Assembly (NCBI GenBank): GCA_963757355.1
Contig: CAVWRG010000003.1
Location: 2,818,165 to 2,882,164 of the forward strand
Direction: 5' to 3'
DNA from: an uncultured Acidobacteriota bacterium
GTDB taxonomy: Bacteria > Acidobacteriota > Vicinamibacteria > Vicinamibacterales > CAVVIG01
DNA length: 64,000 nt
Part shown: piece after piece, positions 11,010 to 20,792 of the stretch
Layout: each line of letters starts with the position of its first letter
How positions within the stretch are numbered: position 1 is the stretch's first letter
Program-made: the position numbers and the translations under genes
The notes under the pieces: model-generated
The model's database searches: none
The model's input: the letters and a program-made list of their open reading frames with translations, nothing else
What the model was told of the DNA's origin: nothing

Positions 11010-11025
11010 AGCAATACGACTGCCA
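11010..11025 (-). promoter_or_regulatory. Putative sigma-54 promoter of the 1240-aa gene
   Basis: Minus strand TGGCAGTCGTATTGCT with correct GG(-24)/GC(-12) spacing, ~95 bp upstream of the ATG. Confidence 0.55.
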
Positions 11026-11388
11026 AAGATGCGGCGTGATCGTTCGATTGCTTCCGCGTTTTTTTGCCGCGGAAATATTCGAAGAAGTGGTGCGTTCCGG
11101 CTCACGCCGTAATCAGCGCGCAGGCGCGGGGCGCACGAATTGCGAAAGGGTTTCCGTAACCTGAAACCGCGTCGCGACTCCGGCGTTGACTCGAGACGGA
11201 AACGGAATCAAGCAGTGTGGCGCCTTTGGTGTACTCTCGCCAGGTACCTCCGAGTACCTCCAAGTGCGGACGAAGCGTCCACGGGCATCGGATTGATCGG
11301 ATGCCCTCTCGGACGCCGTGAATGCGTGTTTAGCATTCGCTAAGTCGCGCTCGGTCGCCATATGCCGACCGAGGCAAGCCGAGAGACC

Positions 11389-11787
11389 TCAACGCGGATC
11401 GGGGCCCAAGAGGTCCCACCGGTTGCCCTCGAGGTCGAGAAACACGGCGAGCTTTCCGTACGGCTCGTGGCGAGGCGACGACACGAATCGCACACCTGCG
11501 TCGACCATGCGCTGATGAGACGCATCGAAGTCGTCCACGCGGAGAAACAGCCCGACGCGACCAGCGAATTGCTGGCCGACGATGCTGCCCTGGTGCCCGT
11601 CGGCACGCGCGAGGAGGATGCCCGTCTGCCCGCCATGGGGGCGCACGACGACCCAGCGCTTAGGGCGTCCATCGTTGGTCAGCGACGGAGTGTCTTCCAC
11701 TAGCTCGAATTGCAGCGCCTGCACGAAGAACTGGATCGCGGCATCGTAGTCCCGCACGACGAGGGCCACGAGTTCAAGATTCGACAT
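11389..11787 (-). CDS. VOC/glyoxalase family protein
   Basis: MSNLELVALVVRDYDAAIQFF...EPYGKLAVFLDLEGNRWDL. Confidence 0.9.
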   Translation of the reverse strand: MSNLELVALVVRDYDAAIQFFVQALQFELVEDTPSLTNDGRPKRWVVVRPHGGQTGILLARADGHQGSIVGQQFAGRVGLFLRVDDFDASHQRMVDAGVRFVSSPRHEPYGKLAVFLDLEGNRWDLLGPDPR

Positions 11788-11938
11788 CGAGGCGTAGATT
11801 ACTCTCGCGCAGTCGCCCAGTGTTGAGTAATCCGCATGGAGGCACCCACCCGACGGGTAGCGATGTGGGGTGTTGTTACAGGCTCTTAGGGTTATCAATC
11901 GCCAGCCGCCGTGCGATCGCTGTTTACCAGCACATGAT

Positions 11939-11995
11939 GTCAGGTTGACATCTGACCTGAGTGTACGCGATTCTCGGGTGACATGTCTACCCAAC
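11939..11995 (+). promoter_or_regulatory. Dual inverted PadR1-type operator pair
   Basis: GTCAGGTTGACATCTGACCTGAG (11939-11961, contains TTGACA), 11-bp gap, CTCGGGTGACATGTCTACCCAAC (11973-11995). Confidence 0.75.
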
Positions 11996-12075
11996 ACGGC
12001 CGGCTTGGGGCCTGTTACGTGCCGGCAGAGCGCGCGGTGCGCTCGGATTCGATGATCGCGCTGAGAGACGAATAG
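11983..12075 (+). pseudogene. In-frame fusion of a PadR N-terminus to an ADOP permease C-terminus (deletion scar)
   Basis: MSTQHGRLGACYVPAERAVRSDSMIALRDE*; tail matches [21 protein letters not shown] of the permeases in this window. Confidence 0.75.
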
Positions 12076-12103
12076 ACCACGCGAAGTCACTCGAGGCGAA
12101 GAA

Positions 12104-13174
12104 ATGAAACAAACCCGAATCGTGCTCTTAGCCGTGCTCATCTCCGCAGCCGCGGTCTCCGGCCAGCAAGTGGCGAACAGCGGCAGCGCTCCCGCGGACA
12201 TTGTTTATGGACAATCCGGCCAGCTCGTTGACGTCGGGGGATTTCGGCTGAATCTCTACTGCATGGGGAGCGGCTCGCCCACGGTCGTCTTCGATTCCGG
12301 ATGGGGAGACTGGGCGCCCGCGTGGTCGAAGGTGCAGCCACAGATCGCAAAGTGGACGCGCGCCTGCAGCTATGACCGTGCCGGCACGGGATTCAGCGAT
12401 CCGGGTCCCATGCCGCGCACCAGCGTGCGCATCGCCAAGGAGCTGCGCACTGCGCTTCACCATGCCGGCATCGCGGGCCCCTACATTCTGGTAGGAAGCT
12501 CCTTCGGCGGCGACAACATGCGAACGTTTGCGGACCTGTACATGGGTGAGGTTGCGGGGCTCGTCTTGGATGACGCCGATCCCGACGACCTCGAACCGAG
12601 GGAGATGCGAGAAGAGGCACATCGAGCACACGCTGGGATTCCCTCGGGTCTGCGCGACTGTCGCAACGCGATTGCCGAGCACAAGCCTTTGCCCGCGCCA
12701 AATCCTCGCCAGCCACAACAGACCTGCGCTCAGCGGTTTTTTTTCCGGGGTTTGCCGGAAGCCGAGTGGTCTCCGGAATTGAACGCCAAACTATTGGAAA
12801 TCGCGCAAACCAAAGTTGCCATGTATGACGCTTATTCCTCGGAGATGGAACAAACAGCGGCGGACGAAACCTATCTGCAACAGCGCCGCCGCTCGTTCGG
12901 CTCGCGGCCTATCCGCGTGCTCACCTCCGGCAACCACGGTGTCGGCCACCTGGGGATGAAGCCTGCAGACACGCCGGAACACGTCAAATATGAGCACGAG
13001 ACCACGCTGGCCCAGGCGCGCTGGCTCGGACTGTCTTCGAACGCGAAACAGATCTTCGCCCGCAATAGCTCGGAATATATCCAGTTCGACGAGCCGGAGA
13101 CCGTGATTGACGCCATCCGTGAAGTGTATGACCAGACAAGACGACCCCTGGCTGCGCACCGCGACCAAAAGTGA
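12104..13174 (+). CDS. Secreted alpha/beta hydrolase
   Basis: Signal peptide; CSYDRAGTG; nucleophile elbow LVGSSFGG. Confidence 0.9.
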   Translation: MKQTRIVLLAVLISAAAVSGQQVANSGSAPADIVYGQSGQLVDVGGFRLNLYCMGSGSPTVVFDSGWGDWAPAWSKVQPQIAKWTRACSYDRAGTGFSDPGPMPRTSVRIAKELRTALHHAGIAGPYILVGSSFGGDNMRTFADLYMGEVAGLVLDDADPDDLEPREMREEAHRAHAGIPSGLRDCRNAIAEHKPLPAPNPRQPQQTCAQRFFFRGLPEAEWSPELNAKLLEIAQTKVAMYDAYSSEMEQTAADETYLQQRRRSFGSRPIRVLTSGNHGVGHLGMKPADTPEHVKYEHETTLAQARWLGLSSNAKQIFARNSSEYIQFDEPETVIDAIREVYDQTRRPLAAHRDQK

Positions 13175-13290
13175 CGGCCAAAGAGTGTTGTCCAAGCCCT
13201 GCGACATGACGTGAGCAGCAAGGGTTCGCCGACATCACCGTGAAGAGTGCGCCGATGTGTCGGGTCCTCGACGCGCGCGCCACCGTCCGC

Positions 13291-14799
13291 CTAGTACTTC
13301 GGCGGCTTCGCGCTGTCGACGACCTTCGCCCAGTCAAGGACGTCGTAGTGCATCCCGAACGCCCTCTTCACGCTCAAGTGCTCGCGGTTCACCGCATCCA
13401 CCGCTTCCGAGACTTGTTGCGGCAGGAAGATCCGCTCTCCCGCAATCGTGAAGAGATCGCTCGTGTATAACAGCTCGTACTCGGGAAAGTACACCATCAT
13501 CTGACGCTCGCCGGTCACCGTGCGCAGCGGGTAGAGCTCGATCCGGTTCGCTCCAGTGCCGAGCGTCGTCTTCGTGGAGATGGGGTGCATGCGCGCCGGC
13601 TTCGCCGCCTTCGCGAGCGCGTCAGGAAACGATCGATACGTCGCCGCGAACAGCCGGTTGAGAATCGGGACGTTCAGATCGAGCGCGTAAATCGGGACAC
13701 CGCGCGCGACGTACTCGCGCATCCCGCCAATGTGCGGCCACGAATCTGACGTCGTGACGACCGCTTTGATTGCCGCTCCGTCAAAACGCTTGCCTGCGTC
13801 CTCGATCACCCTCGCCGAGTAATCGGACACGAGTGGCCCTTCGAGAATCACGACCCCATCGTCCTGCCGCACCTCCGTGATGTCCCAGTTGGCCGGGACC
13901 TTGACGATGCCTGGCGCGAGCTCCACGGCCGGCCGCTCCGGGCTGCCGAAGGGGATCTCGGCGATGCGGCGGCGGTTGGCGATGAAGGTCTGACGCACGT
14001 CTGCGGGAATCGAAAAGGCTGCCGGATCGACGGCGGCGTTCATGCGGACGCGCGTGATGTCGACGCGGCCATCCGGCCGGCCTCCGGTTGAAAAATCCCA
14101 CAGCCGCGGAAATCTGATCCCGTCGGGTTCGAGGATCCACACGCCGAAGGTGACGCGCTGCGTGACGTCGCCCCACGGCGCCCAGAACGTCTCGAACGGC
14201 CTCGCGCGCGTGATTTCCACAGCCTTCGGCAGCAGGCTCGGCGGGTTGAGCAGAATCCGCACGCGGGTCGAGCCGCTGGTGAACGCGACGACATGATGCG
14301 TGTATCCGTGCAGCTGAACGTCCGGCTCCGCGTGCAGATCGGCCGCGTCGAGCGCGGTGAGGACGACGCGCTCGGGCTCGAACGCAAGCGGCAGCGTCGC
14401 GATTTCCCAGGGCGTTCGAGCCGGTAGCCAGCGATCGTTGCTCTTCTCCAGACCGACTCCCGAAACGGTGAGCGTCGTACCGGGCGGCAGCCATTCGCGG
14501 TTGTTGACCCAGTCGGGCGTCGAATAACCGCGCACCCGGGCGGTCCGCCGAACGGCGTCGGCCGCGAAGTCCCGGACGTCGGTGAAGTCCGAGTACGTGG
14601 CGACCCACGGTCCTTCCGGCCGCTCTGATTGCTCGCGCTGGTACAGCGTCGAAACACCGTCCAGTTCGATGGCGGTCAGTGTGCGCAGCTTTTCTTCACC
14701 GCCGAGCGCAGCCGCCGAAGCCTTGAGCCACGATCGCGCCTGGTCGGCGGGCGCAGCGGCCGCGAGAAGCACGAGAATCAGCGTGAGAAGTTGCGACAC
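13291..14799 (-). CDS. Secreted MBL-fold metallo-hydrolase-like protein
   Basis: Signal peptide; C-terminal VVTTSDSWPHIGG (degenerate metal motif), LLYTSDL, GMH. Confidence 0.7.
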   Translation of the reverse strand: MSQLLTLILVLLAAAAPADQARSWLKASAAALGGEEKLRTLTAIELDGVSTLYQREQSERPEGPWVATYSDFTDVRDFAADAVRRTARVRGYSTPDWVNNREWLPPGTTLTVSGVGLEKSNDRWLPARTPWEIATLPLAFEPERVVLTALDAADLHAEPDVQLHGYTHHVVAFTSGSTRVRILLNPPSLLPKAVEITRARPFETFWAPWGDVTQRVTFGVWILEPDGIRFPRLWDFSTGGRPDGRVDITRVRMNAAVDPAAFSIPADVRQTFIANRRRIAEIPFGSPERPAVELAPGIVKVPANWDITEVRQDDGVVILEGPLVSDYSARVIEDAGKRFDGAAIKAVVTTSDSWPHIGGMREYVARGVPIYALDLNVPILNRLFAATYRSFPDALAKAAKPARMHPISTKTTLGTGANRIELYPLRTVTGERQMMVYFPEYELLYTSDLFTIAGERIFLPQQVSEAVDAVNREHLSVKRAFGMHYDVLDWAKVVDSAKPPKY

Positions 14800-14965
14800 C
14801 GGGGGCCTCCAAATAGATGAGCGGTTAGATTAGACGTGGATCTTCTGAATACGGTTGGGAACCGCGTTTCGCGCGTGAGGGATCTGCGTCATCGAGACGA
14901 TCCCGATGTCAGCGCTCTCGCCGGCAACTACCGCATCCGATTTGCGGCGTCAGCGGGAACGATGA

Positions 14966-15445
14966 TCATGGCGCCGCGGCGACGATGATCAGCGCCAGGT
15001 ACGCCAGCGCCGCCACCGCGCCGCTGCCGAGCCGCCACCACGCGCCCGGGCGGCCGCCGATCCGGAGGAAGGCGGCGAGGCACGCGACGATCAAGATGAA
15101 GTGACCGAGGCTGCCGAGGGCCACCATCATCGTATCGACCCGCTGCACGTGCCCCGTCGCCAACAGCGACCAGAACTCGCGTGTGCCGGCCTGTGTCAAG
15201 TGCGTGATGAACAGGTTCAGACTGTTCCAGGCGATGGCGACCGCGATCGCCGCGCCGAACACCTCCGGCCTGTTCCGGCGGCTGAGAATGATGATCGCCA
15301 CGTAAATCAGCGCCTGCAGAAGGTGCAGCACGCGCAGCTGCGGTACCACGATGGCGGATCCCGCCAAGGCGACGATGAAAAGCGACGAGCCGACGTCGAT
15401 AGCGACGCGCGTCCAGCGTGCCGGGACGTCCGGAGTTGTTCGCAT
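14966..15445 (-). CDS. Hypothetical multi-pass membrane protein
   Basis: 159 aa with about 5 hydrophobic segments. Confidence 0.75.
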   Translation of the reverse strand: MRTTPDVPARWTRVAIDVGSSLFIVALAGSAIVVPQLRVLHLLQALIYVAIIILSRRNRPEVFGAAIAVAIAWNSLNLFITHLTQAGTREFWSLLATGHVQRVDTMMVALGSLGHFILIVACLAAFLRIGGRPGAWWRLGSGAVAALAYLALIIVAAAP

Positions 15446-15480
15446 GCTGAACCTTACGGGAATGCGAGCGCCCGAGTTCC

Positions 15481-15537
15481 GTCAGGTTTGACGTACGGCC
15501 TCAAAATACCGATACTCGGGTGAAGTGTCTACCCGAG
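15481..15537 (+). promoter_or_regulatory. PadR1-type promoter/operator module
   Basis: TTGACG (15488) - 17 bp - GATACT (15511); CTCGGGTGAAGTGTCTACCCGAG (15515-15537) overlaps the GTG start. Confidence 0.75.
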
Positions 15538-16352
15538 TCACATGGGGTCGGATCGAGTGGCCGAGCGGAAGCCGTCGTTCGATCGACCTCGACCTGCCCT
15601 ATGGTGGCCAATCAATTGTGTACTTCGACCGCCCAGGTCCTGAGGTGCCGATTCTGTTCGTGCACGGCCTGGGGAATGCCGCCGCGAATTTCGAGGAGAT
15701 GCTCGAACAGCCGGCGCTGGAGCAAAATCGGCTGGTTGCGCTCGATCTGCCCGGTTGTGGGCAGAGTCCGTATCCGTCCGATCACGCACTCGACATCGAT
15801 GCGCTGGTGTCGATCGTGGAGGGCTTTCAAGAGGCAGTCGATCTCGGGCGGCACCTGATCGTCGGTGCCAGTATGGGAGGCCTTGTCGCCCTTCTCTGTG
15901 CCGAGCGTCACCCCGAACGTCTCGTCGGCTTCCTGAACGTGGAGGGCAACCTCGCGCCCGAGGATTGCATGTTCTCGCGTCTCGTCGTGCCGCATTCCTT
16001 CGACGAGTTCAATCGCGAGGTCTTCCCGCGGATAAAAAAGGATCTACAGGCTCAGGACGGACGTGGCCCTGCCAGGCATCTTGGCGTGCTCGCCGCCGCC
16101 AACCCTCGGGCCTACTATGACTTCAGTTTTCAGACGGTCTCATATTCCGATGAGGGAAGACTGCTCGACCGATTCGTGGCGTTGCCGACTCGGTGTCACT
16201 TTGTCTATGGGTCGATGAACCGTCATCTCAGTTATCTTTCGCGCCTGCGGCGGTCGGCCTGCATCGTCACGGAGATTGAGGGAGCCGGCCATTTCCTGTT
16301 CTACGACGCGCCTGAGTATTTTGCGATCGCCGTCGCGGCAGCTGCGCGATGA
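15525..16352 (+). CDS. Alpha/beta hydrolase
   Basis: ILFVHGLG, ALDLPGCGQS, GASMGG, GAGHF; start uncertain. Confidence 0.9.
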   Translation: MSTRVTWGRIEWPSGSRRSIDLDLPYGGQSIVYFDRPGPEVPILFVHGLGNAAANFEEMLEQPALEQNRLVALDLPGCGQSPYPSDHALDIDALVSIVEGFQEAVDLGRHLIVGASMGGLVALLCAERHPERLVGFLNVEGNLAPEDCMFSRLVVPHSFDEFNREVFPRIKKDLQAQDGRGPARHLGVLAAANPRAYYDFSFQTVSYSDEGRLLDRFVALPTRCHFVYGSMNRHLSYLSRLRRSACIVTEIEGAGHFLFYDAPEYFAIAVAAAAR

Positions 16353-16385
16353 TCGGCCGCGTCGCCCTTGGCAGGCGTTTCCGCA

Positions 16386-16442
16386 TTCGGATTGACAGGC
16401 TACGCGAAGAAGCTTCATACTCGGGTTAAATGTCTACCCGAG
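16386..16442 (+). promoter_or_regulatory. padR1 promoter with autoregulatory palindromic operator
   Basis: TTGACA (16392) - 18 bp - CATACT (16416); palindrome CTCGGGT-N9-ACCCGAG (16420-16442) covers the ATG at 16430 (leaderless-type geometry). Confidence 0.8.
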
Positions 16443-16780
16443 ATACCAAGGATCGACTCGAACTGCTGCAGGGCACCCTCGACCTGTTGATCCTGCGCAC
16501 GCTGCTCTTCGGACCGCAGCACGGGCAGGGCATTGCGCGCGCCATCAAGCACACGTCGCTCGAGGAACTGCTCGTGGAGCATGGGGCACTGTATCCTGCC
16601 CTTCAACGGCTCGAAGACCGCGACTGGATCCGCGCGAAATGGGGCACTTCGAAGAACAATCGTCGGGCCCGGTTTTATGCGCTGACGCCGGCCGGGCGCA
16701 AGCAGCTCGTGCGCGAGACGACGAAGTGGAAGCGTCTCGCGACCGCCATCGGCCGCATCCTGGGATCCGCAGCGAGTTAG
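16430..16780 (+). CDS. PadR family transcriptional regulator (acidobacterial type), PadR1
   Basis: [11 protein letters not shown]...HGQGIA...[11 protein letters not shown]...[11 protein letters not shown]. Confidence 0.95.
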   Translation: MSTRDTKDRLELLQGTLDLLILRTLLFGPQHGQGIARAIKHTSLEELLVEHGALYPALQRLEDRDWIRAKWGTSKNNRRARFYALTPAGRKQLVRETTKWKRLATAIGRILGSAAS

Positions 16781-16783
16781 GCG

Positions 16784-19441
16784 ATGCATCGACGTCGCCG
16801 CCCATCCCGCGACTTCGCTGCCGAAATCGAGGCGCACCTCGAGTTGGAGTCTGAGGGCCTTCAAGAGGAAGGCCTCAGTGTCGAACAAGCGCGTGCCGAG
16901 GCCCGTCGCCTGTTCGGCAACGTGACCCACGCACAGGAGCGCTTTTACGAAGCGGGCCGCTGGCTGTGGTGGGATCGCGTCTGCCGGGACGTCGGCTACG
17001 CTGCGCGCATGCTCCGCCGATCGCCCGGATTCACTCTGGTCGCCATGCTGACGATGGCGTTCGGCATCGGCGCGAGCACCGCGATTTTCACCCTGGTCGA
17101 CGCCACGCTCCTGCGTCCGCTGCCGTATCCGCACGCCGAGCGCCTGGTCGTTCTCCAGGACGATCTGCCCGGCGTCGGGACGACGGACGTGGGCATGTCG
17201 ACGCCCGAGTGGAAGGACTTTCAGCGTTCCGGCATTTTCGAGCTCGTCTCGCCCACGTGGTACGACGATAACAATCTGACGGGCTCGTCGCAGCCCGAGC
17301 GCGTGCGCCAGCTCAGCGTCGCACCGAACTATTTCTCCCTGCTCGGTGTGGCGCCTCAGCTCGGCCGAACGTTCAATCCCGACGACCTCACGCCGGGCTA
17401 CAACCTCGAAGTCGTCATCAGCGACGGCATCTGGAAGCGCGGCTTCGCAGCCGATCCGCACGTGATCGGCCAGACCATTCATGTCGATTCCGACGCGTAC
17501 CGCATCGTTGGCGTGATGCCGCCGGATTTCCGAGCGCCCGGACGCACGATCGCGGAGCGGAACATCGACGTCTGGTCCGCGGGCGGTTTCTCCGCGACGC
17601 CGTTCGCCGATCCGCCGACGCGCAGCAGCCACTTTCCGGAAGCGATCGGCCGGCTGAAAGCGGGGCTGTCGATCACGGAGGCGCAGAGCCGCGTCGATGC
17701 CGTCGTCGCGTCGCTGCGGCAACGGTTTCCTGACGACTATCCGCCGCAGAGCCGGTGGACCGTGCGGCTGGTGCCGCTGAAGGATCGTGTCGTCGGCGAC
17801 GTGCGCCGGCCGTTGCTGCTGCTGTTCGGCGCCGTCGCGCTCGTGCTGCTCATCGTCTATGTCAACGTCGGCAACCTGCTGCTCGCGCGCGCCAGCGCGA
17901 GAGCGCGTGAGATGGCCGTCCGCCAGGCGCTCGGCGCCGCCCGCTCGCGGCTCGTGCGCCAGTTGCTGACCGAGAGCCTGCTGCTCTCGAGCCTTGGTGG
18001 GATCGCCGGCCTGATGATGCTGGTGGCGACGAAGAGCATCCTGCTGCGCCTGGTGCCGGAGAGCCTGCCGCAGCTGAACGTCCTCTCGGTGAGCTGGCGC
18101 GTGCTGCTCTTTGCGCTCATCGCCGCGGTGTCCGCGGGCGTGATCTTCGGGCTCGCGCCCGCCTGGCAAACGGGGCAGCTCGACGTCGCGGGGACGCTCA
18201 AACAAGAAGGCCGCGGATCGAGCGGCCCGGGAGGGGCGCGCACGAGACGCGTCCTCGTGGCGGCGGAGTTCGCCCTCTCGCTCATGCTGATGGTGGCCGC
18301 CGGTCTCCTGCTGCGCAGTTTTTCGGATCTGCTCAACGTCCGCCTTGGGTTTCGCCCGGAAGGCGTGATGACCGTGAAGACGCGGCTGCCTTATCCGAAC
18401 GATCCGACGCTGGACCGCTACTTCACCGTTCCGCAGCAGGCCGTCTTTTTCCGCGACGTGCTTCGCCGCGCGCAGACGCTGCCCGGCGTGGCGGAGGCCG
18501 CGCTCGGCAACACGACGGCGGTCCCGCTCGATCACGCCGAGAAGGACCAGAATCGATGGTCGCTCGTGATCGAAGGCCGAGCGACGATCGCGAGCCAGGC
18601 GCCGCTCGTCGATCAATCCATCGTGACGTCCCAATATTTTCACCTGATGGGGATGGTGCTTGATCGCGGACGCCTTTTTACCGAGTTCGACGATGAGAAG
18701 GCACCGCCGGTGGCGGTGATTAACGAGGCGATGGCGCAGGCGTTCTGGCCGAACGAGAACGCCGTGGGGCAGCACATCCGCCTGGGGCGGCTCGCCAAGG
18801 GATGGACAACCGTCGTCGGCATCGTGGCCGACATGCACACGGAGTCGCTCGCTGCCGCACGCGTGCCGCATGTCTATGCGAATCTCTATCAGAGCGGCGC
18901 GAAACGCCTGGCGATCTTTCTGCGAGGGCATCTCGACGCGGCGACGCTGCCCGATCAGGTGCGACGCGAGGTTCAGGCCAGCGATCCTTCTCTGCCGGTG
19001 TTCGGCGGGCAGATGCTCGAGGATACGGTATCGGCCTCGCTCGCGCAGCGGCGCTTCGCGATGGAAATCGTCGCGCTTCTTGCGCTGACGGCGCTGCTCC
19101 TCGCCACGCTGGGCATTTACGGCGTGATGTCGTTTCTCGTCCGCGAGCGGACGCGCGAGATCGGCATCCGTCTCGCGCTCGGCGCGGGGCGGCGGAGCAT
19201 TCTCGGCATGATCGTGCGCGAGGGCCTGAGGCTCGCCTTCGCGGGCGCCCTCGCCGGGCTCGCCGGGGCCGTGCTCGTGTCGCGCCTCATGGCTGGCGTC
19301 TTGTACGGCGTGAGACCGAGCGATCCGCTGACATTCGGCGGTGTCGCGCTCCTGTTCATCGTCGTCGCACTGCTGGCGTGTTACATTCCGGCGCGCCGCG
19401 CGGTATGCGTCGACCCGCTCATGGCGCTGCGATACGAGTGA
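16784..19441 (+). CDS. ADOP duplicated ABC permease (MacB/FtsX-like)
   Basis: [57 protein letters not shown]. Confidence 0.95.
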   Translation: MHRRRRPSRDFAAEIEAHLELESEGLQEEGLSVEQARAEARRLFGNVTHAQERFYEAGRWLWWDRVCRDVGYAARMLRRSPGFTLVAMLTMAFGIGASTAIFTLVDATLLRPLPYPHAERLVVLQDDLPGVGTTDVGMSTPEWKDFQRSGIFELVSPTWYDDNNLTGSSQPERVRQLSVAPNYFSLLGVAPQLGRTFNPDDLTPGYNLEVVISDGIWKRGFAADPHVIGQTIHVDSDAYRIVGVMPPDFRAPGRTIAERNIDVWSAGGFSATPFADPPTRSSHFPEAIGRLKAGLSITEAQSRVDAVVASLRQRFPDDYPPQSRWTVRLVPLKDRVVGDVRRPLLLLFGAVALVLLIVYVNVGNLLLARASARAREMAVRQALGAARSRLVRQLLTESLLLSSLGGIAGLMMLVATKSILLRLVPESLPQLNVLSVSWRVLLFALIAAVSAGVIFGLAPAWQTGQLDVAGTLKQEGRGSSGPGGARTRRVLVAAEFALSLMLMVAAGLLLRSFSDLLNVRLGFRPEGVMTVKTRLPYPNDPTLDRYFTVPQQAVFFRDVLRRAQTLPGVAEAALGNTTAVPLDHAEKDQNRWSLVIEGRATIASQAPLVDQSIVTSQYFHLMGMVLDRGRLFTEFDDEKAPPVAVINEAMAQAFWPNENAVGQHIRLGRLAKGWTTVVGIVADMHTESLAAARVPHVYANLYQSGAKRLAIFLRGHLDAATLPDQVRREVQASDPSLPVFGGQMLEDTVSASLAQRRFAMEIVALLALTALLLATLGIYGVMSFLVRERTREIGIRLALGAGRRSILGMIVREGLRLAFAGALAGLAGAVLVSRLMAGVLYGVRPSDPLTFGGVALLFIVVALLACYIPARRAVCVDPLMALRYE

Positions 19442-19461
19442 CTCCGAAAAGGATGGATTGG

Positions 19462-20694
19462 ATGCGAAGTATCTCCGGCATCCTCTTGGCAGGCGTTCTG
19501 TTCGCGGCCGCGGCGCGTCAGGGACAGCAGCCGCGAATCGTGGACCTGAAGGCGCCCGACGGCGTGGCGCTCAGGGCGAGTTACTTCGCGGCGGGGAAGC
19601 GTGGCCCCGGTGTACTGCTCTTGCATCAAGTCAACCGCGACCGCACGGCGTGGGACGACGTTGCGCGCCGCCTGGCGGCTGCGGGCATCAACACGCTGAC
19701 GCTCGACATGCGCGGGCACGGCGACAGCAGTGACGTGCCGTTCGAGAAGCTCCCGCCGCTCGAGCAGCGCAAGGCATGGCTCGGATGGCCGGACGATGTC
19801 GAGACGGCGTTTCAGTTTCTGGTGTCGCAGCCTGACGTGAACCGCGACGTCATCGGCCTTGGAGGCGCGGGGCTGCTCGGCGTCGACAACTCCGTGAAAG
19901 CCGCGCGCAGGCATGCGCCGCAATTGAAATCGCTCGCGCTGCTATCCGGCGAAACGTTCCTTCCTGAATTGCAGTTCCTGCACGAGGCGACGCAGTTGCC
20001 GGGCCTTTTTGTCGTGGCGGACGACGACGAGTATCCGCCGACGGTGGAAGCGATGGAGCTGCTGTACGCCACATCGTTGAATCCCGGCAAGAAACTGGTG
20101 CACTACTCGGCGCGCACGGAAGCGCCGTGGCTCTGGTATGAGCCCTTCGACATTGGCAAGGTGACCGCGACCGGGGGCCACGGCACGGACTTGTTCAAGG
20201 GGCATCCCGAGCTGCCCGGCATCATCGCCGATTGGTTTGTCACCACGCTGGTGAAGACGCCCGGGCATGCTCCAGCCGACACGCTGGCGGCGGCGGCGAT
20301 TCTCAACGAGGTCGATCAGCCCGGCGGAGTTGCGCACGTGACGCAGCAGTTGACGGAAGCGCGGGCGAAGGATCCGCACATCCAGCTGTTTCCAGAAATC
20401 TCCATGGCGATCAAAGGACACGATCAATTGCGCGCCGGAGCCCCGACGTCGGCAATCCCGATCTACGAGCTGAATCTGCTCGCGTATCCGGAGTCGCCGG
20501 ACGCGCATGACGATCTCGCCGGCGCCTACATGGCGGCTGGACAGAAGGAGCTGGCGCGCCAGCACGCGGAGAAGGTCCTGGCTCTTCTGGACGCGGGGGC
20601 GCCCGCGTCGTCGTGGTCCGACACGGCGCCACGGCGAAGCGAGATTCGTCGCGACGCCGAGCAAGTGCTTAAAAAGGTGGATGCGTCGCGTTGA
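19462..20694 (+). CDS. Secreted alpha/beta-hydrolase-fold protein with C-terminal TPR-like helices
   Basis: GVLLLHQ, LDMRGHGDS, GHGTDL; YPESPDAHDDLAGAY; atypical nucleophile elbow (GGAG). Confidence 0.8.
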   Translation: MRSISGILLAGVLFAAAARQGQQPRIVDLKAPDGVALRASYFAAGKRGPGVLLLHQVNRDRTAWDDVARRLAAAGINTLTLDMRGHGDSSDVPFEKLPPLEQRKAWLGWPDDVETAFQFLVSQPDVNRDVIGLGGAGLLGVDNSVKAARRHAPQLKSLALLSGETFLPELQFLHEATQLPGLFVVADDDEYPPTVEAMELLYATSLNPGKKLVHYSARTEAPWLWYEPFDIGKVTATGGHGTDLFKGHPELPGIIADWFVTTLVKTPGHAPADTLAAAAILNEVDQPGGVAHVTQQLTEARAKDPHIQLFPEISMAIKGHDQLRAGAPTSAIPIYELNLLAYPESPDAHDDLAGAYMAAGQKELARQHAEKVLALLDAGAPASSWSDTAPRRSEIRRDAEQVLKKVDASR

Positions 20695-20792
20695 CGCGAT
20701 CCATGAGCGACGATGGGCCTCGAGCGTCCATGCGGGCCGCACAGTCACACGCCCGTGGGCCGATTGCGATTTCGCGATGAGCCGGAGCTAAC

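Noticed and set aside
13185..13213. Possible further ADOP tail (VQALRHDV*)
   Set aside because: Too short to support
18802..19452. N-terminal extension of the 630-aa ORF (likewise 62583-63494)
   Set aside because: Overlaps the preceding gene out of frame; real starts are ~19462 and 63495
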